From Vezdaea acicularis (lineage: Eukaryota), in contig JAPEUI010000040.1 in the NCBI GenBank assembly GCA_026025075.1, positions 1 through 64,000 on the forward strand: a DNA stretch of 64,000 nt, in the 5' to 3' direction. A program made the position numbers and the translations under genes. Position 1 is the stretch's first letter; every line of letters starts with the position of its first letter. The notes beneath the pieces were generated by a model. It was not told where the DNA came from and searched no databases. It was given only the letters and a program-made list of their open reading frames with translations. Below are positions 23,008 through 34,924 of the stretch, piece after piece.

Positions 23008-26000
23008 TTAAATCGCAAACCCAATCGATTCTCTGTCATCGTCGATGACCCTAGCATATCTTCGCCATGTTAGTCTCCTATTAACATCATTTAACAGGCT
23101 TAACTTACTCGAGTAGTAGCCTGAAAAACCAGACCTCCATATCCTCATTCCTTAGTACCTTATTCGCCCAACCCTGCCCTGCAACAGCGAGTCTCTTTGC
23201 GTCCTCCGCACCGTCTTTCTCAAACCATCGCACCAGCTCCACCCATTCTCCCCCTCGGAGACTCATCGGCACGTAATGGACCCACGGCTTCAGCCATTCC
23301 GCATGCCATTCACGGAAGACGGCTAGCTTATAGACAAGTGACTTACTCCGCAGAAACGCGTAGAATCGGCCAGAAAACGCATTTCCATCAACGTCAAGAA
23401 GATGACGATATTTCCACGCGTCTTGTGGGTCAACCCGGTCCACTACATTAAAGGCTTCTTTTTGCGCATCACAGTCACCAGGATCGCACTGGCCAACATG
23501 TGAAAAGGTCACGTCGAACAGGTCCCTGAACTCTTCTCGGGGCTTCTCGACGACTCTCCAACCCTGCTTCTCATTTGGGTGCTCCAGGATCTGCGCGTTA
23601 TCGTGCGAATTCATGATGCGTACCACACGCTGGCGGTGCTGACGTCGCCAGCCGCCATCACGAGAGAATCCGCCCGTGGTGGAGCCTCGCCAGTACATTT
23701 TTGGTTCCTTTTTCTCCCATGTAGTATCCCGATCCGCGTCGTAGGCGACTTTCGTTGACCAGTACCATGGGGAGGGGTAAAGGATGTCCTGGAAGGAAGA
23801 AAGCTTTGATTGGGAGAATATAGGAAATAGGTCGTGAACAACATTAAAAGCATTAGGACGGTCAAAAAAGCCGAATGTGGAGGAGTATGAAGGCGAGAGA
23901 CAGATATCCGAGAAAGCGGTAGTGTTATAGATGAAGCCCAAGGGAGACAATGCGTAAGCTGTCTCATTATCGGCTGGTGACTCGGAAAGAGAGCGGGAAG
24001 GAGAGGAGGGGTCACAGGATAGGCGGGAGTTAGTCCAGGTGGGTTGATGAGCGAAGACGTTGAAACGAGTCGTTTTGACTTCTGGAATGGATTTGCCTGC
24101 GTTAACATCAGCAGGACGAGAGGAGAAGCTGTTTCTTGGCGAAGAGTTGCCAAGGGCTTTGGGTATATTGTTCGTTTGTGCCAGGTTGACAAGTCGAGCG
24201 AGATCTTCGTGTGGCACAACTACCCGAGGTTCGTCATGGATATTGAAGGCAAGATCCATGTCGGGTAAGAACTTTATAAAATCCTGCATCATTCCTATCG
24301 TCGAAGCCTGCTGCCACTCGTCGCCTCCATCGGCTTTGCGGACCTCTCCATCCCGAATCAAAATCCCAATTAGATTGTTCTTGAACCCCAATGACTCTCT
24401 GACTCGTGCTCTGATAGTAGCAGGCTGCAGTCCCCAGAAAGGTAAGAGAGAATCGTATATCCCATCATATTCGTCAACAAGCTGAACGCCTTTTATTTTA
24501 GCGAGTTGATACCATTTATCGAAGTTTGGTGGAGGGGATATTCTGTAACGCCGGCGATATTCCTCAACCGCTTCCTCTAAAGACTTCGATTGTCTTGAGA
24601 GCCTAGCAGTAAACTCGGTCTCGGCGTTATCGACGAGCTGGCGTATCGGGTGAGATGGGGAAGATGAAAGCGAGAGGGGTGCATGGTCAGTCAAGGGAAC
24701 TAGCCCAATTTCTGCTAAAGCTGGAATATCAACTTGTCCACTTATTTGCTCCCGCCCCAAGTACACCGCTACGACACTGAGAGATATTATTGAGAGGATC
24801 GAGAGCAACTGCCTTAAGCGTACCCTTGCTCTTGATTCCACGCCGGTGAGAGCTGTAGACTGGGCATCATGTACGAGTAAATATGTGGCAGCGGCTGCCA
24901 GAGAAGAGAAATATGCTCTGAATGCCGAAATTGATATCGCAAGGTTCGCTAGAAGGTTGCCGGACAAACTGGCTAAGGAACAAGCGAACGCTCCCTGTTC
25001 GTGAATCTGGGAAAGTGTATTAGCAACTGCTACATCATCTCTGAATGCGTACAATAGACGATCTGAGCATTCGACACACGTGAATCGATTCTTGTAGGAT
25101 GGCAGTGTCTCTGATAAACGTTGAAAATTGTGGGTGATGCCTATGGGCTTGGCGGCGAAAATGGCGCTGATCCTCTTGTGTTGGCTGACCAAGGCGTAGC
25201 CAGCCCAACTCCAACAATTTCCTCTTAGATCTTCTCCAAGGGATGACGTCGGCTATCTTGGGATATATAAGCCAGTGCTGCCCTTTCAGAAGTTGACCTT
25301 ATCCTAACCTGCCTGGGCTATCCTTCTATTCGTTGCTCTGGGATCCCGAAACCCAGTTTTGATAAGTGCTTGTAGAAGATTCAGTAACTTACCATTGACA
25401 CTACTAGAATCTCCTTGAAACCCCCCACAATGGCGACAAAAATCCCCTGTAAGGCCCAAATTCCCCGTTGTCCCGTTTTCCAATCCTCTCCTTGTAAGCC
25501 CTCGAGTCTTTTTGAATAAGAGATCGCGTCTGTGCGTAGCGACTCAAAGAGCAGGGTGGTGATGGCCGAGCCAAGAGCAGCCACCAGCGAAACATCCCTC
25601 AGCACGGTTACAAAGACACCACCCGAGGCTGATCCTGTTGATGACCGACGCCGCGAGATGGAACCGTTCGCGGATACAAAACCACCGTTGCCTGTGTACT
25701 TGTCATCATCCTTTGTGATCAGCACCTCCTCAAGCAAGACGTAGACCATTGAGAGTAGTAAGGTGGTTGCAAAACCGAGCGCTCTCGAAGAGGATGTGAC
25801 GAAAGGCTGGACCAGCGCCAAGAACGCTGCAAGAGTTAATATCCAAAGTAATCGCTTCGACCCTTTGCCCAAGGAACCAGCGCTATGATCAAGAGCTGGA
25901 GGGAGGAAGCTTTGATCTTTGAGATTGAGCCATCGCAGCAAGATGATGAAGCTAGGAATGAACCCCTAGAATTCAAGTCAGCCTTATTCATGACCTTTAT

Positions 26001-26322
26001 CGACAAAGGTATATCCAGAACTCACCCGCGACCACCACAATTCGCGTTCGCTGCCAGAGGCCCTTTCGCATGTCTGAACGAGCACTATCAATGCTCCACT
26101 TGACCAGCAAGCTTTGCGCCGGCCAGTATTTTCCCCATAGCCACCATTATAAGCCCCTCCCAGTACACTGGCGCCCCATGCAATTGCCCATGATCCAGTG
26201 TGGATTGCCAAAGAATGTGTAGGCAGGACGCCGATATTCGTTATCGTCGAGCAGACCAGGAGCAAAGCTGGCAGGGCAATCGTAGAGGCATCAAGGGCTT
26301 GAGCGAAGGAATGGAAGCGCAT
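23008..26322 (-). CDS. CAP10/glycosyltransferase family 90 protein (beta-1,2-xylosyltransferase-like) with multi-TM N-terminus; includes a 386-nt intron at 25392-25007
   Basis: HPIRQLV, QSKSLEEAVEEYRRRY..PPPNFDKW, LPDMDLAFNIHDEPRV, FSQSKLSSFQDILYPSP, YWRGSTTGG, LDVDGNAFSGRF, LKPWVHYVP; last exon YARVIDDDRESIGFAI*. Confidence 0.93.
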
Positions 26323-27284
26323 TGGAGGCTAGTCGCACCCTGAAATAGTCATTGGAAAGTGATAGCACAGCAATCCATGGGCACCGGAATCTCGAAGTCT
26401 TAAGTTGTTGCTTGTCAAGGAGCTTCCGTCTTTGCGGGCAAGGGTTCTCGGCACCTTCTAAAAAGGCTTGGCATCAACCCACTCTAAAATAGCCATTGAA
26501 GCGAGCACAAAAGGGGCATGGTGTGCATGGGGGTTGACAAAGTCTTCCCATAAATTGAGACAAGTCAATATAGCGTCCTGGTTCAAAATGCACTCCACCG
26601 CTAGCTATGCTATATTTAAAAGATACCCGATACATGAATGCCAAGCAGGTGGAGGTGGGCCCTCCACCATTGAAACAGGGCCATCCAGCCGAAGATACCT
26701 TTACCTTGAGAGCATGTCTAGTATTTGACCTGCACTAGTTGGAGTGCTTTGAAGCATGCAAATCTTGATAGGCATGCTGAGCTCAGACCAGCCTTGTTGC
26801 TTTAATAAGGTTACGCAAACGCATCGACCTTTTGTGTATGCGACCCTTCTGAACATAGCTCCGAGCCACTGCTCTTGACCACTTCCTCTCTCTCGAATCT
26901 TGATGATACTCCTCATCTTCGCTTCTTACCTTTCATGTATTGCTTTACGAAACGGTGACCGTTTCCAAGTATTCTCACTCCTTATTTTCAGTTCGCACCG
27001 TAGTGTCAGATATCAACATCATTAAACCTGGTTTAAAGTGAAAAACTTTGAATTGCGCAATGATTGTCAGGGCTCATGACGTGGCCTATTGGCGGCCGAT
27101 TGTCTCACGTTCGCGCTGTGCTCAACACGAGGGCACGGGGTGCGGAATGCTCTTCCTCTTATGTGACCTCGGCGCACAAAATAGCTCATACCATTTTCCT
27201 ATATAGGTTCCATGGTACTGGATGGGTATTCCTTCTTTTGTATCTCGTGTGGCGTGTCTTCCACTAGGCAAGTGCATGATGCGT

Positions 27285-28092
27285 ATGAAAGGCGCCACAC
27301 AAGCGCTTCTCCTCCCCCTGCTCGTACCTGCCGCACACACTTTCCGGGTTGAGGGCTTGCAGGTATCAGTAAGCCCGATAGTTGACAGCATCGAGGTACA
27401 CGTCGGACGGCTCTCCTTCGTCCTCCATGATGACCAGAGTAGCAAAACAGAAACCGCCTGCCTCCTGCATTTCGACCCTGCGAACCTGCCCCAAAGCGAC
27501 AACATCGGCTGTCAAGTTCCGACTTATGGCTTCTCGTTCAGAAAAGGAGATAACGCTACGACCTCTTGGCCAATGGCCAACATCTCAAGTATTGAATTCG
27601 ACCTCTTCCACACGTGAGCGCTGCCCGACTAACCTTTTCCATCCCTTTCACCTCCTTTCCAAGCCCCCTTAAAGAAGCACAGCATCAAGCAACTAACCCA
27701 ACACCAGTATCCAAGTCTACCCCCTCCTCCCCAACAACACCATCTCAAACCACCCCCTCATCGCCATCCGCAAAGAAATCCTCCGCGCCACTCTGAACCC
27801 CACAAACTTCACCTGCGACAACGCCTCGCCCGTCGATACCTGCGGCTCCCCAACTTACGAAACCGCATTAATACCCACCTTCGTCGGACTATACACCGCG
27901 CCAGCCGGCTGGGTCGGCGACCCTGGCAATAGTTCGCAGCCGGGCATCGATACTAAGTACAAGCCCGGACCGGAAGCGCTGATTGACCTCTATAGTAACA
28001 TCCTCGTGAACTCGACGACGGGGAGACCGGTCGATGGCAATGTCAGTTTGGTGCAGCAGGGGTATAGGGAGGCTTCACCGGCAACGTCCTAG
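27285..28092 (+). CDS. Secreted four-Cys protein, probable Alt a 1 (AA1)-like beta-barrel domain (gene A); exons 27285-27613, 27708-28092; in-frame ATGs also at 27276 and 27279
   Basis: Signal peptide MKGATQALLLPLLVPAAHT; TETACLLHF...IGCQVPTYGFSF; GTGAGC...ACTAAC...CCAG intron; exon 2 reads IQVYPLLP...NFTCDNASPVDTCGSP...YTAPAGWVGDPG...ASPATS*. Confidence 0.8.
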
Positions 28093-28873
28093 TGGGAAAG
28101 GGGTGGAGAACCGTGTACCCTGTGTTGGCAACCCTCACTTGCTGCAGCGGCTCTAGGGAACGATCGACTGTTGCATTGGCTTCACTAAACTGAGTGCTAG
28201 GCTATGGAAGACTTTTTCGTGTGTATCCTGCGGCTAATCCCACTCGCCTGTCGGCTTGGGGCCTACCCTACCAACCCTACCAATACCCTGTGCATAGAAG
28301 GCGTGTCATCCGCCCTTGGCCAGTGCGAGGGGTAGATTTTGATGGAAATTTCTACTTCATTTCTTGCTAGGGCGTCACAGGGGTTAGCATGCATAGGGGT
28401 ATTTAGGTGGTGGGGGCTCCTCTGATAGAAGGTTTGCAGACCTGACGTCTCATCTGTCGGCTTTTGTGGTCATATGCTAGAAGTCGCTGGGATTGCTCTT
28501 GCTGCATTGGAGTGGATGATGAAACTTTATAATTGGGATGGGTAATAGGAAACGAACGCGGCGTCAAATGCGTTTGATTGATTCAGCGGTAGTTTGGTGT
28601 TCTGTATCTACATTTACAAGGGCTAGACACAGGCAAGTGGTCTTAGTCTTTACGTGCGATAACTTGGCGTCAATTATGGACCATTTTGAGTATCACTTAT
28701 AGTCTCAGGAACTGACAACCCTGTCCCATTTCGCCAGTCAACCCCCTTAACCCCCCTCCTCTCTCACCCTCTCACTCACACAGTCATGGCTCCCACCCTT
28801 ACGCCCGACAAAGCAGCCAATCTCCTCGACGGATTGCTATAGTCGACACGCTCGATCAGCTCCCTCACACCTT

Positions 28874-30266
28874 TTACGACGCAAGCTTATCCCCCACCCA
28901 ACCCGCCGGTGCCGGTACAGCCGTCCATGGCCCTAAGTATACCTCAGAGAGCGTCAGCACGGCGCCGTACTGATTCTCCACGTAATTCCACGTATGGACG
29001 GCTGCAAAATCATGCTTCGCGGTGCGGACGTCCGTTTGCCCGTTCGACCCGGTGACACTGTTGTGGGAGTCAGTATGCTGACTCATAGGCCCTATATAGG
29101 AAAATAGAAACTCACGTATGCTGTAGGGTTACCGCGACGTTTGCGCCTTCTAATCCGATTGCTATGCCCATGGTTGGGTTGCCACATACTTGGATGTTGG
29201 AACCAGCCGGCCAGGCGACGTCCCAGTCAGGCGAGGAGCCGTTAAAGAACTTGATGCTGGGAATAGATATGTTACAGTGGCCTGTTAGGCCCAGGACACT
29301 CCCCACAAAGCTATCGTTATCGGTAAAATCGATCGAGAACCAACTTGGGTTGCCGCTGTTTGCAGGTAGGTGGAGAATTGGGTTGGAGAAGACAAAGAGC
29401 GCACCATTGCTTGTGGGTACAGGGGGGGCTAGAGTTTGGTACGACACGACTGCGTAGGATAATGTAGTTCCTGCAGCGGCTTGTCGCTCTGTAAAATTCA
29501 TAGACGTGGGGTTCGTGTCTCGTTTACTTGGGTGTACGAAGCTACTGGGATAAGACGTGGCGCTGTTAACATAAGTTAATGTAGACAGTCGAAGGTAATC
29601 TCCAACCCAACCAGCTGGAGCTGGCGTCTGGGTATAAGGCTCCGAGAATGTTCCATACGTCGTCAGACCTACGCCCCCACCGAGCGGCAGAACAGTCCAC
29701 GTGTGGTAGTCTGGGTACGCATGTTTGGCAGTGCGGACAATGGTACCCACCGCTGGGTTTGTGATACTATGCAAGGCTTCAGCATCTTCAGATGTATCGG
29801 ATAATACGTGAACTTACGTATGCTGCAATGTTATTACAGTGTTTGCACCTTCCATGCTGATAGCAATACCAAATGTGAGAGCCCCACACGCTTGGATGTT
29901 GGATCCCTTGGGCCAGTCGATGTTCCAGCTTTCGGGGCCGTTGGAGAACGTAATACCTGGTATAGAGACGTTGCAGTAGGCTGACATGGCTCCAGCGGTC
30001 TCTGCAAAGGTATCAGTATCGGTGACCTCGACCACGAGCCAGCTCGGATCTCCGCTATTCGGCGGTTGATAGATAAATGGGGCATTGAAGGTGAAGTAGC
30101 TCGTTGTAGGAGTAGCAGCAGCTTGTCGCTTTTCGACTCTATTGAGGGGTGCGGATGTTTGAGTGGGCCGTGGTGCCCGCTCTATAACCTTGACGTGACC
30201 AACAACACCCCTGAGAAGGGCAGGGACGACGAGGAAGATATACAGAACCGCTTTGATGAAAGTCAT
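28874..30266 (-). CDS. Secreted tandem two-domain precursor with Kex2-type sites (gene B); exons 30266-29818, 29766-29116, 29057-28874
   Basis: Signal peptide MTFIKAVLYIFLVVPALLRGVVG; two clearly homologous repeats (NSG[DN]PSW..CN[VI]SIP..WP[KA]GSNIQ[AV]CG..EGAN..TLQHT|..VRTAKH..HTW..PAPAGWVGD). Both introns are canonical and restore the frame. Confidence 0.88.
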
Positions 30267-33210
30267 GCTTATGATTGGTATTTGGAGCCTGCCAAATATG
30301 AAAATTGCAATCGATAAAGTAGAGTCTGCTGCAAACCTGTGGAGGGTACGGCCATCTTTATCATTGGGGCGAAGGTCTAGTACTCGTTCAACGGCATCTG
30401 AGGCTGTGAAATGAGAAACAGCTAGAGTTTCATTGGTGTGAAACTTTAAGAAGTGAATGCCGCACGTCGGATGTATTTTGGTGCGTAAAGGCTTGATTTC
30501 TTCCACGCGCCAGATATAATGGAAAACCCAGGTGGAACTCCCGGTAAACCTACCCGGGAACCGGGATTGATGGATTGGAGACCGCTAGAAGGGGCCTTGG
30601 CAGCCTGATTGCCTAGTTTCCATAGAAAATCCATGATTTGGAGTTTTAGGTACGTCTAAAACCCGTCGGGGACGTGTTTCCCAAGATGGTGAAACAAATC
30701 CATTACGCGGATTTGGTACTTGCAAGGTCTTCGCCTTGAATCCTGTTTGACGTTCACCATTTCTGATACGCAATCCCAGCATCGTGGCCTGGTTGCGTCA
30801 AGCTATGAATGCGACGGCTTCTTCTCAACGTTGGGATTACAAGGTTCTTTGTTACCATTTTGGCTATTTACTGGCAGTCTGCGCCTCGCTTCTCCAACCC
30901 CATAATCTAAATTGGAGTATCCGCTCTGTCTCGTCCGAGCCCCATGCAACATTTGCCAAAACTGTCATTTGAGAATAGGCTCAATTAGGCTTGCTTAGTC
31001 TGTGGCGTAGCCATACAATCTATAGATTGAGTGAGTACTTCAAGCGGTCAAGCCTAATTGGCTACTTTGTCTAGGGGTTATTCGCTTGTGAGGAAAGGCA
31101 AGTCTGAAGACCCTTTCGATCGAGTGCTTGAATTAGATCTATCTTACTTAATATACGTCCTCGACAGACTAGTCTCAGTTAAATGTTGATGGCAAGGGCT
31201 TTTTGAAGGACACGCTGTAACCCATAGCACTTTCCCATCCATTGACTAGGAGGTTTTTGACTACGCACGAATTGAGAACATACGTCGACATCAGTGGCGT
31301 TCGCCTGGACGTGCTCGTGCATCTCCCTATCCTTCCACGGCGCCACCCGGGAACTTTCGTGGATAGAAACCGACCATGGTGGTCAAACCAGGACGCTACC
31401 TCACCGTGAAAACGCTTGAAAGCTTTAGGGGGTGATTCCCTTATTATCGGATAATGCAACGAAACACCGGGTCTCAGAATTAATCGCAATTTGCATCAAG
31501 GATGATGGACGTCGTGCCACCCTTCGGTTGGCTGAGACCGGATTTCCACTGCTGTGGGACTGGTCCAAAGCGGTCAAGCATGGTTCCATCCCAGCCCATC
31601 AGATTCAAGGATGTCAAATGGGTCGGGTATGGTGGGCGAATGCCGGAGCTCCATTATTGCGAACTTGGCGGGGATGCGCGGACCGGAACTGGCTCTATGA
31701 AAAGGATGTCTCGCAGTGGACTGTAGCAAGCCCTCCGAAGGCGCACAATTGACGTTACCGCCGCGCCGTGTTTTCATTGCGTTGAGCCCTAGTCGTGACG
31801 ACGACTCCTGCGAGGCATTTTTGCGACTTGCTGCTACTGTAGATCGAGTTTGCCAGGCGCGTGGACGTCGATCGGGTGGTGCTGTGGCCAGGCCTTCTCG
31901 TAAAGCAAGAAGCACCAGCCTTCAGCCTCGTGCGTTTGCAGAAAGTAAGAATAGATACGTGCATTGCACCTCAATCAGGAGTGCCTGACCGGGCGTCTCG
32001 TCGCTTCGTCGAGTTTGCAGCAGGTTCGAAGGAGACGAAAGTGACCTCCAAGCCTAGTGCGATGTCCGAATGGACCACCATACAAAGTAAAGTGGAATGA
32101 CAATTACAAGCTCGTTTTGTGCAACAGCTCGAGAGAGGGGGCATGTCTGGAACACATGAGCCAAATCAGATGAGTGGGCTCGTTTGCTAAGATGTGTGAT
32201 TCATCCAATGGCGGACGCGGGCATGGTCACCGCAATGCTTGGCCGCCGGCGATGATTTGCAAATTCGCAATGGAGGAGCAGGAAGCCGTGGGGTTACTGA
32301 CGAAGCCACGATGCTGTTGATGGGAAAGAAGAGAGGATAAAGCAACAGGGCAATCGATAGGCGCGCTGGCAGGGCCAGGCAAGAGCGTCTCGAATGTTGC
32401 CAAATTAGGAATGCGGCAAGGCCTGGGCGAGCGCTCTCGGGGCCCATCTCATTCACCCATTCCCACCGTTCCCGGCCCACGCTTGCCTGCTAAACCTTCT
32501 GCGCTCGCCCCAACCCACCCACACCTGACTCCTCCCTCCTGCCACCCTCCATGGTCCTTCGACAACTCTATCCTAACCACCGCCTCCGCCTCTTCCCAAT
32601 TCCTTGCACTCTCCAGCGGTGCAGGGAACTTTGATTTATCAACGACCACGTTGCGTGTGTTTGACCAGCTCATCAAGCCATCTCTGCATTGTCTCGACGC
32701 GTGTTTGGACCGATCGTGGCAGAGTTGTGAGGTGCCTTCAACACCCTTCGACCCGGTCCTGTTGATCAGTGCCGAAAAGTAAGCTCCTACCCTCTCACTC
32801 TATTACCCTCGTCCGCACATCCATAGGGAACTTCGTGGAGGCAAATTCAGATCACAGCTACGACGTACTGCTTCTTCAGAAGACGGTGCTCGTGTCTCTT
32901 TCTTGCCTTCGCGCCCTTTGCGTGGCAAGCTCGCTCACCGCCGAATTCCTGTGGTTCTTGGTGAAAGCTAATTCATCGCCTAGCGCAGGCTCAAGAAGGC
33001 TGCACCTCAAACACACATTATCTCGACACATTGTCCTCCATCTCAACACTGACCATTGCCATCTTAAACCGCTTCGAATTCTCTGCTCCTCCTGAACCTC
33101 CAATCAACTCCAGGCTTTCCATAGCAAGAGAGATATCTTGATATCAAACCCAAGCTCAGCTTTGAAGGATCTCACGACATCGTGGGGTCACTCCGACAAA
33201 TATCATCAAG

Positions 33211-34924
33211 ATGACTACGATGGTGAATCAACCCGCTTCTAAATCGAAATCTAACCCTCTGGTTCATACTCCTTTCCCTACAGCCGCGATTATCTTAGCG
33301 TTCATGTTCAACATGGTCATGTTTGGAAGAGCGGAGTCTCATTGGACCCGTCGATTCTTTGAAATGAAGCCTTGTTCATTGTACCACCAGTGGCTGTGTA
33401 CTGCGGCAGATCTCCACTCCTACCGTTCCACCTTTGCAAATCTGCTTATGTAATCGACAGAAGCTAACGTTTCAATACTTTCCTAGGACTTACGAGTGGG
33501 GAACAAGTACCGCATCGGTCGTAAGATTGGTAGTGGAAGCTTTGGTGATATCTACCTCGGTGCGAACAAGATTCATCGGTCCCGTCTACTGTTCTCATTA
33601 CTAACGAGAACTCGTAGGTACGAACATCATTTCTGGCGAGGAAATTGCAATCAAGCTTGAAAGTGTCAAGGCCAAGCATCCGCAGCTTGAGTATGAGGCT
33701 CGAGTATACAAGTCCCTAGCCGGTGGTGTCGGCATCCCATTTGTCCGTTGGTTTGGGACCGAGTGCGATTACAATGCCATGGTGCTCGACCTTCTTGGAC
33801 CTAGTTTGGAGGACCTCTTTAACTTCTGTAACCGCAAGTTCTCCTTGAAGACCGTGCTTCTCCTGGCCGACCAACTGATTTCCCGGATCGAGTACATTCA
33901 TGCCAAGTCATTCATCCACCGTGACATCAAGCCCGACAACTTCTTGATGGGTATTGGCAAACGCGGAAACCAGGTGAACGTTATCGATTTTGGCCTCGCT
34001 AAGAAGTACCGTGACCCGAAGACTCACTTCCACATTCCGTATAGAGAGAACAAGAACTTGACTGGTACTGCTCGCTATGCCAGCATCAACACTCACTTGG
34101 GAGTCGAGCAATCCCGTCGTGACGACATGGAATCTCTCGGCTATGTCATGCTTTACTTCTGCCGAGGTTCCCTTCCATGGCAAGGTCTCAAGGCCGCAAC
34201 CAAGAAGCAGAAGTATGACCGTATTATGGAAAAGAAGATGACGACTCCTACCGAGGTCTTGTGCCGCGGCTTTCCCAACGAGTTCGCTATCTATCTCAAC
34301 TATACGCGCTCTCTTCGTTTTGACGACAAGCCTGATTACTCTTATCTCCGCAAGATCTTCCGGGATTTGTTCGTCCGCGAAGGATTCCAATATGATTACG
34401 TCTTCGACTGGACTGTCTATAAATACCAGAAGAATGCACAGGCCGTTGCCCCCGGCGGTCCAAATGAATCCGCTTCTGATAAGGCAAATCGTGAGGAGAA
34501 AGAGAGATTGGAGAAGGAAAAGGCCAAGAAGAAGGCTGGAGGTGGTACCAATTTCGCTACAGCTGGTAATACGCAGCAATATAGCAATACCACTAGTAAA
34601 GGCCCGACGGCTGTGTCCACCCAGCGCCGTAAGGTGCTGGAACGTCCAGGCGGTGCTGCAGGTGCAGACACTCCAGATACCAATAGAGCTGTGGGAGGGA
34701 GTGACAGGATGTGAGTACAACGCAAGCCGGTTCCTTGTAAGGAATCTCTCTCTCTGTCTTGTGGCTTCTTGACGTACTCCCCAACCTTTATGTATAGACA
34801 ACTTACTGATGCTATAGTCCCAAATTCTAGGCTCCGCTCTGCATCTAGAGGAGCTGGACCGAATTACTCTACGACTCCTGGCTATCAAAATAATGCTGGT
34901 AATAACAACCAGTGGAATTACTGA
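33211..34924 (+). CDS. HRR25: Casein kinase I (Hrr25/Hhp1/CK-1a); exons 33211-33222, 33488-33559, 33618-34710, 34831-34924
   Basis: [75 protein letters not shown]. Confidence 0.98.

Noticed and set aside
26648..26668. 8-bp hairpin GGTGGAGG-TGGGC-CCTCCACC
   Set aside because: An isolated short stem is expected by chance in 64 kb, and there is no supporting context.
30500..32400. Several 60-110 aa ORFs in the long intergenic region before casein kinase I
   Set aside because: No coherent splice model, domain motif or transposase/RT signature.
33908..34888. 326-aa antisense ORF over casein kinase I, and similar antisense ORFs over PMC1, DCTN4 and EPT1
   Set aside because: Shadow ORFs caused by the codon bias of the sense gene.
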